Shown: positions 49,001 through 62,290 of the stretch, piece by piece
How positions within the stretch are numbered: position 1 is the first letter of the stretch
How the letters are laid out: every line of letters starts with the position of its first letter
Origin: Anthoceros angustus
Taxonomy: Eukaryota; Plantae; Anthocerotophyta
NCBI GenBank assembly: GCA_010909165.1
Contig: VJWM01000025.1
Span: 3,038,001-3,102,000, forward strand
Length of the DNA: 64,000 nucleotides
Direction: 5' to 3'
The notes under the pieces: generated by a model
Seen by the model: the letters and a program-made list of their open reading frames with translations, nothing else
Told to the model about the DNA's origin: nothing
Databases searched by the model: none
Made by a program: the position numbers and the translations under genes

Positions 49001-52000
49001 CATGCAACTGGAACATTCAAGACTCAAAACCAAATGAGCTGGAGTCTGATTACCTTAAAAGGTTCATGATCTGAACAGAATACTGCTGAATCATGGGCTG
49101 GGGATCGTAGCGGACATATTCCAACAGAGCTATGATTTGTCGGGCATCATGAGTCAGTATTACATCCACCGCCTGCACACAAGAAACATCCGCAACACTT
49201 AAACACTCAAATCCTTGTGCCAAATGCCAGGTGCACATCCCTTTGGACACTTCCAAGACAATGGGGACTTGCCTGATAAGCCGGACGCCAAAAATCTGCA
49301 ATCAGGGTATCTTTTGATAAAGCAAGAAGAATGAGTTGAAGACTAAGCTGCACTGCTTCTTCCAAATAGGGGCCATATAGTTGGCTGGTACGTTCTTCAA
49401 AAAGCCCATTGACCCTCACCATTAGAATACCCATTATGTTTCTGAAAATAACTTTGCCACTCATGAAGTCCTGCAAAAGCGGCATTTGACTTTGAGAATA
49501 TCATTCAACACCATGCTCTTGGTTCCAAATTAGCCCTTGTAGCAAATTCATAGTAGACCTTCATAAGCTCCAACGACGGCAACTGCAGACGAGATCCTCC
49601 AGCAGCTTGACTTCCCATGGTGGTTCCACTACTTGACTGTACCACTTGGTCTGCATTGTTCCGGATATCGTCTTCTGACAACTTATACATGCTCAGCATA
49701 CTGCCAACCCACCCAGAAGCATCCAGGCAAAAAGCAATGAGCACACAGAATCTTGGATACACACTCTGCAGCAGAAGAAAGAATCCATGTGGCACTTCCA
49801 CAACATAGATGGTAGCACCAGGGGCTATCAACTAGTAAGCTAGCAACTCAAAGTGGCCAGAGTAGTACCCTCACGTTTGAAAATGTCGAAGTGCTGCAAC
49901 TACAAGCTGCCATTTCTCTACTGGATCGGCATAGGCCCTTTGAGCATATGGAGCGAACACCTGATCACGAACAAATCTAAAAATGCCTATGTACCTGGTA
50001 CCAAATGCACACTCAGCATCTTCGCAGCAGGCAGTGAGTCCTTTCAAACTGTCTACAAAATCACTAGAACGCCAGAGCAAAAGCTTCTACAACAAAATTA
50101 GATCTGTTGTCAAGATAAAACCTAGAACAGGCCCCAACATACCTATGACCTTTATCAGATTGATCAATGTCACTAGCAATAAGAACATTCAGCAGCTCCA
50201 GGTAGGACAATGTGGATGGATATTCTTCCAAACGAGCTTCCACTTCATTCAGTTCAAATGCCATATCATGAGTCTGGAGCATATGAAAAAAGACAGGTAT
50301 AAGCAAACGCACAGTCATGCCACATTCAAAGTGCAGGTTCCAGGAGTCAGACTCAAACCCAAGCTGGCCTTGAGAACAGGGGAATATGTTCCTTCACCTT
50401 TGACTGAATATGAGTGAGATTTCCATCAGCAACTGCTGGTGCTGCAATAACTGGAAGATCGTACTGCTCCAGATACCTCCACACCTTGTCTCTTAGAACA
50501 GGTGATACAGGTACAAATGCTGTAATGGCACTGCGGAGGGCCCCCTGAAAACAGGACATGCTGGTGAGTGAAGACACTCGAATTTGAAAAAACTGTGGCC
50601 TGATTGAAGCTTCCAGTCAGGAGTACCTTCAGGCGAGGAGGCACATTTTCCCAAGGTAATAACTTGAACAGAGGTTCAATGTCGACAAACCACTGCGTTC
50701 TTTCCACCTCATTTCCTGACTCCATGACCTGCAATCCAAGCACTAGAATCAAGAGGGATCATATGGAAGCGAAAAGAACAGAAGATTCACAAAACACAGG
50801 AGACTCCAGAGCTGCCATTATATACCTGCCGTAGCACTCCTAAGTAAGCCTCCAATGCCCTAGCATCACCTTCTGGAAATGAAGGTAGCAGTGCCCCAGC
50901 GGTCTGCTTCCTCTGCCTAAATTGCTGTTCATACACAATGAGCGAATTGAATAGCGTGTTCCACCCCAAAGACCTAATTGATTTGTTTTGCATCAGCTGA
51001 TACACCCTCTTTGCTCCATTTTCACTTGAGGCCTGCATAACCAGGCAGCTTTAGTTGGGCTGTGTGGTAATGCACTTAATTCGAGTCTCCAGCATGCACG
51101 TGTGTAGAGAGGGTACATACCAATGCAGTCAGCATATGCAAGAAAGCCACCAAAGTGACATAGCTATTATGGTCTTCACCAGCAAATCGCACAAAATTCC
51201 AGATGACTTCATTGTCAACCATGAGCTCTGCTTCTCTCTGCAACACAGAACAGCAATTTGCAACATCAGTTGTGACTGACGTTGAAATGCTATCATACAC
51301 CTGGAACGTCAAAGCTCAAAATGTATACCTGATAAAGTTCAGCTAAGAGTTCCAGCAATGACACAAACGGCTTTCCTTGGGCTGGGGCCTGCTGTTCGCC
51401 CCTACCGTTGTCTTCTGCAACTGGGACATTTGATTCATTGTCAAAAGCATCGGCGGACATCAATTCTAGCTCCTTGAGCTCCCGGACCTGTAGAAACTTG
51501 CTTCAGAAACTGGAATCCAGAGAATGAACTGTGGGGGACACTCAAACAGCGGGGAAACAAAACAGGAAAACACATTTAAAACAAGGGAAGCTGAACCACC
51601 TTGTCCCGTCCAAGGGGTTGCGACAGAAAGCTGGTCAGAAGCTTGTGTAGATAGGCACTAAATATAAACAATAGGTCCTCCTCGTCATTCTGGTAAACAG
51701 TGAGACAAGGGCGGTCATGAGATATGAGCTAATCAACATCCGTGTTGAACTCCTCAGTACTTTTCTTGAGATAAGTGGACACATCTCATTAAGATGCAGA
51801 GACATAAGACAAAAGAGGCCAACCTGAAAGGCAGCAGTTCTGACTACTCTGTTGGTCAGAAAGTCAAAGACATCATGTTCACAGGCACGATTGAGGCAGA
51901 CTGCTGCATTTGCTTCGTCCTCTGCAGGACTAGCTACCACCCCAGAAGTAAGCACCAGAAATACAGCCCACACTAATCTGATGACTCCAGTAAAACCCTC

Positions 52001-53766
52001 TGTCATTGCATCAAGGCCAGTTCCAACCACCTGCAGAGTAAAGTAGGTTACATTCGCTCACACAATTATACAGCACACTACTGTTTTCCTAAACACAGGA
52101 AATTTCACCAGCTCTTGAAAGCTCCGACGAAAAGCTGCATCAGGAGCAAGTACAGCTGCCATATCTTGACCTCCCCCGAAGGCATCAGACAGCAACGAAA
52201 TGACCAGGCTGAACATAATCGTGTACACAATCTGAAAGTAGTTTAGACACGCTTAGTACCCAATACAACGTTGGCACTGCAAGACGGCAAGCCGGAGTGA
52301 CCTGCTTGAGGCTCAATTGGAGTATTGAACTCAAAGCCATTCCATACAACTGAAAGCAGTAAGGAACCAGTCAAAAAGATACCTGAAGTTTCACAGGATC
52401 TTGAGAGATGCTTGGATCTGCAGAGGTGTCCTTAAGTAGATTGTACAAGTCTTTTGCTTCTGTTGGACCTAGAGAAAGCAGCGCATTAATCTGTCAATGA
52501 CCAGCAGGATATCAAACGAGCAGCCTGGAACGACTATGAAGAACTGAAAGTGCATACAGGACGTGTGCTAGTGCATACTTATGCGAACGATCAGGCAGGT
52601 GTAGACAAGGCACTGACTGAGGTTTAACCTCTCCCTCTGTGCAATATCATGTCGCAAAACAAGAGACCCTCGTGAATCTATCACATAGGGCTCAACTCCA
52701 GGCCCCCCCAACCCGGCTGGCTCTTCTCGGTTTAGTTCCTTCCAGAGCGGAACACAATTTGTTAGATACCCCAAACAGAAACCGAATGCATAAATCTCAG
52801 AGATTGTCAGGCAATCGATACCTTGATTAACTGCACAAGCCTATTTCGCAGCCCCGTCAAGAGCAAACCTTCAACGTATTCCCGTACTTCAGCAAGCACA
52901 TCAGGATCCAGCTCTTCGTCCAGCACCACAGTCTGAAGCCACGCAATCCATCAAAATAACAGAAGACGCTCAATCACCAAACGATCGGACTGGACCGGCC
53001 AGGAAAACATCTCTTAGATAAAGCTTGCTTCGTGGAGCTCACTCTAAGCAGCAGCAGCAACGTTGTGATAAGAGCCCTCCTCTCAGCGAAGCGGAGACCA
53101 GCTGCAAGCCGCAAAACTTCCAGAGGATCCCTATGTTGAAGATTGCACTGGCGAAAGCAGGCATCGCAATTCAGCGACGTACATCCATGAACACAATTCC
53201 CCGAAAATCAAAAGCGGCATATCAAGCTTACAATCAGTACCTCTTGATGCGCATGTACCAGGAGACCCACACAATGCAGTTCATTAAGGTGAAAGTCGTC
53301 ACTGAGCTTGATAGCCTTCCAGAGCAAGCACAAAACAAAACGATCGTCAGCTGCCGCACATTGAAAAATTGGGTACTTGGGCCTTAGATACGTGGCTCAC
53401 AATTTGTGCATCCTGATCGTCCAGTATAGCCGGTGCAGGTCCAGCATTGGGTAGCCTGACCTCTTTGGAGATCACTTGCGCCCTATCCTCCACTTTGGGC
53501 CCCTAAAGGCATTCCATTCACAAAATTGACTCATTAGGCTAGGAGCTCAGGGATTCCTCAGCTGCAAAAACTGACAAACGTCGTCCATCAATTGGCAGTA
53601 GCAACAACCAGGGAGGTGGAATACACACCGGGGCCTGCAGGAAGGTCTGGAAGTCGGGCAGGAAGATGTGCAGGACGTGGGCGAGCTCAGCTCGGTCATG
53701 TGGGGTGAGACGCGAGGCCGATAGGGCCGCCTCGACCGTCGCTTGCAGCCGCTGGTAGGTCCCCAT
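43035..53766 (-). CDS. NUP205: Nuclear pore complex protein NUP205/Nup192, ~10.7 kb, many exons
   Basis: Start MGTYQRLQATVEAALSASRLTPHDRAEL, then PPPKVEDRAQVISKEVRLP, ELNREEPAGLGGP...QRERL, EGFTGVIRLVWAVFL, WENVPPRLK, GIFRFVRDQVF and RQPTLKLV; last exon ERAGRSTQHLQRLVHSLK...stop at 43035. Confidence 0.95.
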
Positions 53767-54436
53767 AGCCGCTCCCGTCGCGGCACTCCACCTGATGCTT
53801 CAAATCATGCCAAGGGTTTCTTGTTCGTGCTTGCAGCAGGCGGGAATTCGTTGAGTATGCTCAAAAACTAAGGACTTCACTTTCTACCAACTCACGACAT
53901 TGGGGAGCTTTCGTGGTTCGCCATAGACCGCTCCCAAGTCGCGTGTGTGCGTTGTACCTATCTGAACGAACTCCTGGAACACACATCATCCACCTCCAGC
54001 GGATCATCGGAATTTGGAGATGGAGGCCTGATGTTTTTTCATGGAAGACGTCTCGAGACGCTTTCAGATGCACTGCCGACTCGCCGTCACAATTTCACAG
54101 CACATAGAACAAGAGGTGGAAAGATCTCGCTCACAAGGCAGTTCCAGTCGGACCTTTACTCAAATGCAAAACTGTAGAGGTGCGATCATCACGCTGCAGC
54201 GGAGAAGAAATTATTCGATCTCAACACTGGATGCACATTGCAAGCCTCTCATGCAACCCGCTTGCCAAAATCCAGCACTAGCAGATCACATCCTTAAGAT
54301 GCACATCAAATAACGGAAGCCTGTGCCGCATGATCAACGCTGGATGCATCCAATACGGAAACAAATCATCCGCCGGACAGCGTCCACTCGGCCAACTCGC
54401 TAAGCGCAATGAAGGCTCTCATGGACCTATCCTGTG

Positions 54437-54777
54437 TCAATGGTGAGCTTTTTTAGGAGCTGGTGTTGTTGCCTGCAGAATCCGAATTCATGTAGTCAGC
54501 TCCTGAAGCCAAGCACAGGACGCAGAAGCGACACAGAAACAAGTGGCGATCGAGGATCATACCTTGAGATAAGACAACTTCATTCGTCCATACAAAACTC
54601 CGACAGTCAGAGCTGACACCCGTGCGACCTGCACTCAGAAGCACACTCCTCCCGTCAGACCTCTGCTACCGAACGACAGAATGCGTAGTAGAATTTGAAG
54701 AAGGCAAAGACGTAGCTCACTAGTGCCAGAGTGCTTGTGCCGGAGTAGGGCCCGGAGATGCCTCCAGCGCCTGCCAT
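54437..54777 (-). CDS. ATP21: Mitochondrial ATP synthase subunit e, 52 aa, 3 exons (54777-54721, 54628-54563, 54472-54437); not in the ORF track
   Basis: Spliced product MAGAGGISGPYSGTSTLAL-VARVSALTVGVLYGRMKLSYLK-ATTPAPKKAHH matches plant subunit e (PGPYSGTSTLALVAR.SA...G..YG..KL...KAHH); both introns are phase-0 GT-AG. Confidence 0.9.
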
Positions 54778-54860
54778 CGCTGCCGAGCTCGTGCCGATTT
54801 GGGGGGGGAGGGGGGAATTGTTCGTAGCTGCGCCAAATGCACGCGCCTCCAGGGCAGTAG

Positions 54861-54884
54861 TATAAATACATGACTTTAGGGTTT
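54861..54884. promoter_or_regulatory. TATA box (tataaata, 54861-54868) and telo-box (ttagggttt, 54876-54884) in the 272-bp bidirectional interval between ATP synthase e and RPN2
   Basis: Motif match and position only. Confidence 0.45.
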
Positions 54885-55049
54885 AATATGTTATAGCATA
54901 CGCCCTCTCCAGCTATCGAGCGAGTGTTTTTTGTTTCTGGCCGGACTACCTGTTGGAGTCTGCCTGAGTCTGGCTGGAGTCTGGTCTGAGCCTGCTTCGC
55001 TTCTCCAAGACTTCAGCTTCGCTTCTCCACTTTTGGGAAAACTTTTGCC

Positions 55050-58000
55050 ATGGCTGTTGCCCCTCCGCTTCAACCTGCCCAATGGCGGATGGGCGGGGTG
55101 GGGGGTGTGGCTCCGCTCTTGGCTATGCTGCAGGAGGAGCACCCGGCGCTCAAGGTGCACGCGCTTACGTACCTGGACAAGCTGGTGCCCCAATTCTGGC
55201 CTCAGATTTCTTCCCACATCACCATAATGTACGTCTCGTGTCGGCCCTGCTAGGCCAGCACTCTGCTGGACAGGGTTTATGCTCTAGGGTTTGGGGTTTA
55301 CGTATTTGATGGTCAGAGGTTGAATCATCCGATTTGTTGCAGTGAAAGCCTTCATGAGGATACGCGCTTTGATAAGAGCCAATTAGCAGCATTGCTGGCC
55401 TCCAAGGTGAGATAGCCAATTGGATGGGAGGTAGGCGGATTTGAATTGCGCCTTTGGCCGGCGCGTGAGTATTATTGGGTCTTGGCAATTGATTCGTGTT
55501 TCTGGGTATGCCTGCTTGACCAGGTTTTCTACTACTTGGGGGAGCTTAATGATTCTCTGACATATGCTCTTGCCGCTGGACCTCTATTTGATGTTAAAGA
55601 AGAGTCAGAGTACGTGCAAACTCTCGTTGGTGAGTCCCAGTCTATCCCGCTACCATGCATCCGGGAGTCCGTGAGCTGGGTGTTTGTTCGGTCGGTTGAG
55701 CCCGTTCTTCTTCGTGCAGCAAAGTGCATCGACGAATATGCCTCTCTCAATGTTAAGGCTGCAGAGTCCAACGAAGGTGCATCTGAACCAGATAAACAAC
55801 TGGTGGCAATTGTGGAGAAAATGCTTGACAAGTAGGTTCATCGCAGAGTTTGTGCCCGTTTTCCACTCTCACTACACTAGCTTCTGCTGCTCCAAGTATG
55901 TCTGTGACTACGATAATGGAAATGCGCTGCTATGTCACAGGTGCCTGGGAGATGGGAAATACCAGCAGGCTATGGGTATCGCTTTGGAATGTCGGAGGCT
56001 GGATAAGTTAGAGGAGGCTATCATGAGAAGTGACAATGTACATGCTATGCTAGCTTATTGCCTTCGACTGACACAGACATTTGTGATGGGAAGGAAGTTT
56101 AAAGAAGAGGTATTTCGCTCTGTTTAGCCTTGTGAGATCTGGAGGCTTTCAACTCAGTCCACCCTGTATGCTTTAATTTATCCTCACATTTTGCTGTGCT
56201 GCTTTCTTAAGATCACGGAGTTTTGGTTGCAGGTCTTACGGTTCTTGGTTCAGATTTATCGGAAACTTGACCTGCCAGATTACTTGAGCATTTGTCAGTG
56301 CCTTATGTTTCTTGATGAACCTGGAGTTGTTGCCACTATTCTTGATCGGCTTCTTAGATCAGACAAGGTAGAATCCTCCTTATCGATAGTGCTTGACCAG
56401 TGTCTGATTTGACCTTATTTCTGACCAGCAGCCTGTATGCAGGTTGATGCTCTTATGGCCTTTCAAGTGGCTTTTGATCTGTTCGAAAATGAGTATCAGC
56501 ATTTCTTGGTCAGTGTGAGAGACTCTCTGCCAGATTTGAAACCGGTCAGCACTGCGGCAGCCCCAGCCAGTGTGCCAGTTCCACAGAATGGAGAGAATGT
56601 TGTGAGCACATCTGAACATGAATCTTCAGTTGCGATGGAGACATCAGAAATTGAACGGCCCGCGGGAACTGGTGCAGTTGAGGGGGTTGGTGAGGCATCA
56701 GAACAAAAGCAAGAACCTGCTGGCTATTGGGAGAGACTAGCACAGCTCAAAGCTATCCTAAGTGGAGAGACACCCATCAATCTTGCCCTTCAGTTCCTTT
56801 ACAGTCACAACCGGTAAACTCCTCGAGTTTTAAACTCAAGATGTTGTTTTCCTGCAAAGTTGCATCCTGATTGTTTTCACATTTGTCACGTTTTTGTGAC
56901 CCCTCGCGGGTGCAGGTCGGATCTGCTCATCTTGAAAACCATCAAGCAGTCTGTTGAGATGCGCAACAGTGTTTGTCACAGCGCCACAATTTATTCAAAT
57001 GCTCTGATGCACGCAGGAACAACTGTGGATACTTTCCTTCGTGACAATCTGGTTAGCCATCGATTTGTTTGTAGCTGCACATTGCAGAGGATGTTCTGGA
57101 GAAATGGTTCTGGTAAAGCTCGTGAGTATTGACACTGATTATTATCCCCAGGATTGGTTAAGTAGGGCCACCAATTGGGCGAAGTTCAGTGCCACTGCTG
57201 GTCTTGGTGTAATACACCGAGGGCACCTGCAGCAGGGTAGATCGCTAATGGCTCCATACCTTCCGCAAAATGGTGGAACTGGTGGAGGAAGTCCATACTC
57301 CGAAGGTGGGGCACTATATGCTCTTGGACTTATTCATGCTAATCATGGAGAGGGTATCAAGCAGTTCCTATTGGAAAGCTTGAAGAACACGAGCAATGAG
57401 GTAGGCATCTGGAATCAGTTCTGCCCAGAGGCTGCACGTCTGTACTCCATCCTTTTAACAGTCATTAATTTGTTTTGCAGGTTATTCAGCATGGTGCTTG
57501 TTTAGGTTTGGGATTGGCAGCTCTAGGAACAGCAGATGAGGATATTTATGAAGACGTCAAAAGCGTTCTGTACACAGATAGTGCCGTGGCTGGAGAGGCA
57601 GCTGGAATTAGCATGGGTCTGCTCATGGTAGGAACCGCTTCCGAGAAGGCAGGCGAAATGCTGGCTTATGCTCATGACACTCAGCATGAGAAAATAATCA
57701 GGTGCGTTCAGATATTTGAGGGAGTTTAGGTTGGAGAACAGTTTCCTTTGCGTGGTCCATGTGAGGACTTGATTGGTAAATTGTTTCTCATTCTGTGCAC
57801 TGCTGCTTCTAAAATTTATAGTGGATGTCTTTCAGGGGACTGGCCTTAGGGATAGCCCTTGTGGTCTATGGACGTGAAGAGCAAGCTGACACTTTGATAG
57901 AGCAGTTGACTAGAGATCAAGACCCAATTTTGCGTTATGGTGGCATGTATGCCCTGGCTCTAGCTTACAAAGGTACTGCGAACAACAGTGCTATCCGGAG

Positions 58001-59591
58001 ACTTCTGCATTTTGCTGTCTCTGATGTCAGTGATGACGTCAGGAGAACTGCTGTGTTGGCACTTGGTTTCGTTCTTTGTGGTGAACCTGAGCAGGTATGT
58101 TGATTTTCTGAGAAGCATCAGTACATGCGTTGCTCTTCCCCTAGCAGCTGGTGTCATTAAGTAGTGCTCTGGTTGTTCTGTGCAGACACCACGGATTGTC
58201 TCACTCCTCTCAGAGTCCTACAATGCTCATGTGAGGTATGGTGCAGCCATGGCTGTTGGTATATCATGTGCTGGTACAGCCAGCAGTGAAGCAATCTCGC
58301 TTCTGGAGCCTCTCACTTCAGATGCAGTGGATTTTGTAAGACAAGGTGCTCTGATAGCAATGGCTATGGTCCTCATGCAGGCAACTGAGATGCGTGAACC
58401 TCGTGTTGGCAACTTTAGGTATTTAATGTTTTTGGCTTTTCAATTTTGTATTGGAGAAAAACATAGTGAGCAGGTCCACTTTCATTTCCGTTGGTTGCCT
58501 TATTCCCTTTAGTTGTGAACAAGAAATTTTCATTTTGTGTCATGAGTGCTCACATCTGATTGTACCTCCTGGTCTGGCTTTTGATTTGTCTTAGGCGGCA
58601 ACTGGAGAAGATTATTCTGGATAAGCATGAGGATACAATGAGCAAGATGGGTGCTATTCTTGCCTACGGTATTCTTGATGCTGGTGGTCGGAACGTTGGT
58701 ATCCGGCTCCAGTCAAGAACAGGACACGATCGAGTAACTGCTGTAGTTGGCATGGCAGTCTTTACACAGTTCTGGTATTGGTACCCCTTGATATATTTCA
58801 TCAGCCTCTCATTTGCGCCAACAGCGTTCATTGGCCTGAACTCGGAACTTCGCATGCCAAAGTTCAAGTTCGTCTCGGAGGCTCCCCCTGCTATGTTTGG
58901 GTATCCTCCATCTACAGCTCCCCCGACAACTACTTCAGCAATCAAGTTGCCAACTGCAGTGCTGTCTACATCAGCCAGGGCCAAAGTGAGGGCAAAGAAA
59001 GACAGCGAGTCAAAGGCAGCAACCAGCAAAGCATCGGCACAGGAGGGTAGTTCCTCTCCTCATCCTGAACCAAAGGGCTCGTCGGCAGCTGCAGTGGCAG
59101 GGGAAAGTTCATCTGTCTCTGCTGAGGAATCTGCCGCTACAACTGGGAAGGATGATGCAATGGAGGTAGCGTTTGTGGTTCCTATCCAACCAGTGCTGAG
59201 GAGATTGAGGAGAGCTCGGGCGAATAATGCATTGCGTCCTCTTTATGTGCAGGTGGACACAGGTGTTGAGAAGAAAAGTGCAGATGTTGAGCCCGCTGTT
59301 GAAGTGCTCAACAATCCAGCCAGGGTTGTCCCCGCACAGGAGAAGTACATCAGATTCCCAGAGAGCTGTCGGTATCAGCCCCTGAAGAGGGCATCTTCAG
59401 GGTTTGTGATGTTGAGAGATACGAACCCGTCAGAGCCTGTTGAATTGGTATCCAGTGATTCGCCGGTATCTGCTGCTGCACCGAGTTCAGGAGGAGCACC
59501 CCCGGCACCTCCAGACACTTCCTCCGACACTGCTATGGCCGTAGACGACTGTGACCCTCCCCCGCCGGAGCCCTTTGACTATACGCCTTAG
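55050..59591 (+). CDS. RPN2: 26S proteasome regulatory subunit RPN2 (PSMD1), multi-exon
   Basis: [48 protein letters not shown] repeats ([22 protein letters not shown]), [25 protein letters not shown] and the terminal [11 protein letters not shown]. Confidence 0.96.
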
Positions 59592-59897
59592 AGCTTCGTT
59601 GTCTGAAGTCGTTTATTGTATATAGCAACTGAAGGAGGTGTCCTTCAAATTCTGGCAGGGGCATTCTAGAACTGCTCTGCTTCCGCACTAGGTGGATGTA
59701 GTCTGGTCTCTTGCCAGTAGTCTAATTTGGACTGAAGAGATAGCTAACTCATTGCCACATTGGTATGTTTTATCCGGCCTCGCAACCCGACGTCTGGTAG
59801 CAATGCGTACATTTTTGAAATTTCCCGTCTGCCAGTAACCGGAAAACAAACCTTATCTGAGAAACAAAGTTTGCCTTCAGTAGTTCTATGGATTCGC

Positions 59898-62290
59898 CTA
59901 GGGCGAGTCTCCGCACGAACAGAATCCGTCTTTGAAACGATGAACTCGGTACGCGTCTCTGACGATGATGTCGCGCTTTTCTACACGCGAAAGGATTTTC
60001 GTGCCACTGTGGCAATCGTCGCACATCCTGAGATTTTTTGTCACCAGCAAAGTCTTGCCTTCTGGAGTGTTCAGAAGACCATACGCCAATGCCAACTTCT
60101 CAGCGTGCCCACAGAGGGCGTCTTCCTTTTGCCGGTCCGATATTGGTTTCAATACCAACTCAGTTTGGGGCACATGCCCACTCTCCTTCAGCCTTGCATT
60201 TAAACTCTTCAGTCTCAAGGACGTATCGCCACGGTCTTCCCCAACTACAAACTCGTGCACCTGATTGTTAACCTCAATCCATGTCTTTGCAGCCTTCTTG
60301 TAAGCACCTGTGCATCTTCTGAAGCTTTCAATTTCCTTAAAATCGTCCCACCTTCCTGCACTGGCATAGATACTCGACATAAGTACATAAGCCCCGGCAT
60401 CCTTAGGTTCCAGTTCTACAAATTTGTCAAAAGACCGCTTTCCTCGATCAACATCTCCGTGAATTTTACAGGCACTCAGCAGAGACATCCAAGCCACACT
60501 GCTACTGTCAAGTGGGATAGTTTGCAATAAACTTTCTGCCTCGTCCAAGCGTCCTGACCGCCCAAGAAGATCCACCATGCAGGTATAATGTTCAACTGTA
60601 GGAGAAATGCCATAATTCTCCTCCATCATATCGAAAAATCTCTGACCCTCGTCCGCCAAAGAAGCATGACTGCAGGCAACGAGAAGACATGCAAATGTGG
60701 CACCATTGGGCTCAATTCCATGTCGCCGCATCGTCTCGAAGCACTGGGTTGCCAATTCACAGCTGTTGTGTTGACCATAGCTGTGTATTAAAGCATTCCA
60801 TGTCACCACATCTCTAGTGGGCAGTCTATCAAAGACATTGCGAGCATCTGTGAGATATCCATTCCTTCCATACATGTCCACTAGGGTATTTCCAACAAAC
60901 ACATCAGCCTCCAGTCCCCTCCCTAAAATCTCTGCATGAATATCTTTGCCTTTGTGTATGGCCCCTATGCTAGCACATGCCTTCAGAGTGCAGACATAGG
61001 TAACCCTGTCCGGAGTCATGCCTATGCTTCGCATTTTCTCATACAAGATGAGGGCTTCATGACCAAGCTCATGATGAGCATAGCCTGAAATCAAAGCACT
61101 CCATGTCACAATGTTCTTGGTGGACATCCTGTCAAAGACGGCTCGAGCATCGTCCAGATTCCCAGATTTTGCATACATGTCCACCAATGTACTCCCAATA
61201 GAGATGTCATTTTCCAGTCTTTGATCCAGAATCTCCGCATGGATCTGCTTGCCCTTCTGTATGGCTCCTACACTGGTGCACGCCTTCAGAAGCGACAGAA
61301 AGGCCACCACATCTGGTATCACTTTGTCCCGTTGCATGCTTTCATGGAGATTAAGAGCTTCCTGACCTTGTCCATGATGGGCATATCCCGCTATCATAGT
61401 ACTCCATGTAACCACATTCTTGTTTGGCAACTTGTCAAAAACTCTGCGAGCATCCTCTAACCTGCCGAATTTGGTGTACATGTCCACAAGAGCAGTCCCT
61501 ACAAATATATTCGTGTCATATCCACCGTCAACGACATCAGTGTGTATTGCTTTGCCAGAAGGCAAATCACCTGCAGTGACACACGCTTTGAGAGCAGCCA
61601 CGTACACATAGTCATGTGGCTTGACCTCAGATAATCGCATTTGATTGTACAACTGTATGGCCTGCTTAGCTTCTCCATGCTCAACATGCGCTGAAATGAT
61701 AGACCCCCAAACAAACCTGTCAGGTGCAGACAGGTGGGTGAACACTTGTCTTGCCTCCTGTAAACTACCATGAGAAGCATACATGCGGATTATATGGTTG
61801 GTAAGATATGCATTCGACACATATCCACTTCTCACAGCAAGAGCATGAACACGCCTGCCAGCCACCACATCCTGGCTGGCGATGCACCATTTAAGAAGGC
61901 GATACAACAAGTCTATAGAAACATGGATCCCTTCATGTTCAACGCAGGTCAAGGCCTGGAAGGCCCCAGCCAGCTGGCCCTCCTCGCACAGGTTGCTCCA
62001 AGAATCAACCCTTCACTAGTTGCAAAGATCCAGGAAACGGGCAGTGTCAAACATCACATCTTCAGGGCCTCAGTAAAAGCAGAGCAAAGTCAATCTCATT
62101 GCTGGGTTCAAGTGATATACCTGTCATGACACTTCTCCCTTGTTGTGCCTCCGTACAACAACTCGCTCACTGCCTTGTTCCAGCCCGGCGGACGAGCACA
62201 AACACCTTCCGTAACAGGGTGCTCTGCAATTTCCTCAACTGAATTACAACAGGAAACAACGGCGGAAAGTTCAGAACCGCTACAACGCAT
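59898..62290 (-). CDS. PLS-class PPR protein with E1-E2-DYW:KP-type deaminase domain (candidate organellar RNA-editing factor). Main exon 62010-59898; putative upstream exon 62290-62121
   Basis: Uninterrupted (L1-S1-P1)3-L1-S1-P2-L2-S2-E1-E2 array; KKAAKTWIEV, GHVP, HAEKLA, LLVTKNLRMCDDCH, C-terminus CSCGDSP. A phase-2 GT-AG intron at 62120-62011 links ORF 62108-62290 in frame. Confidence 0.92.
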
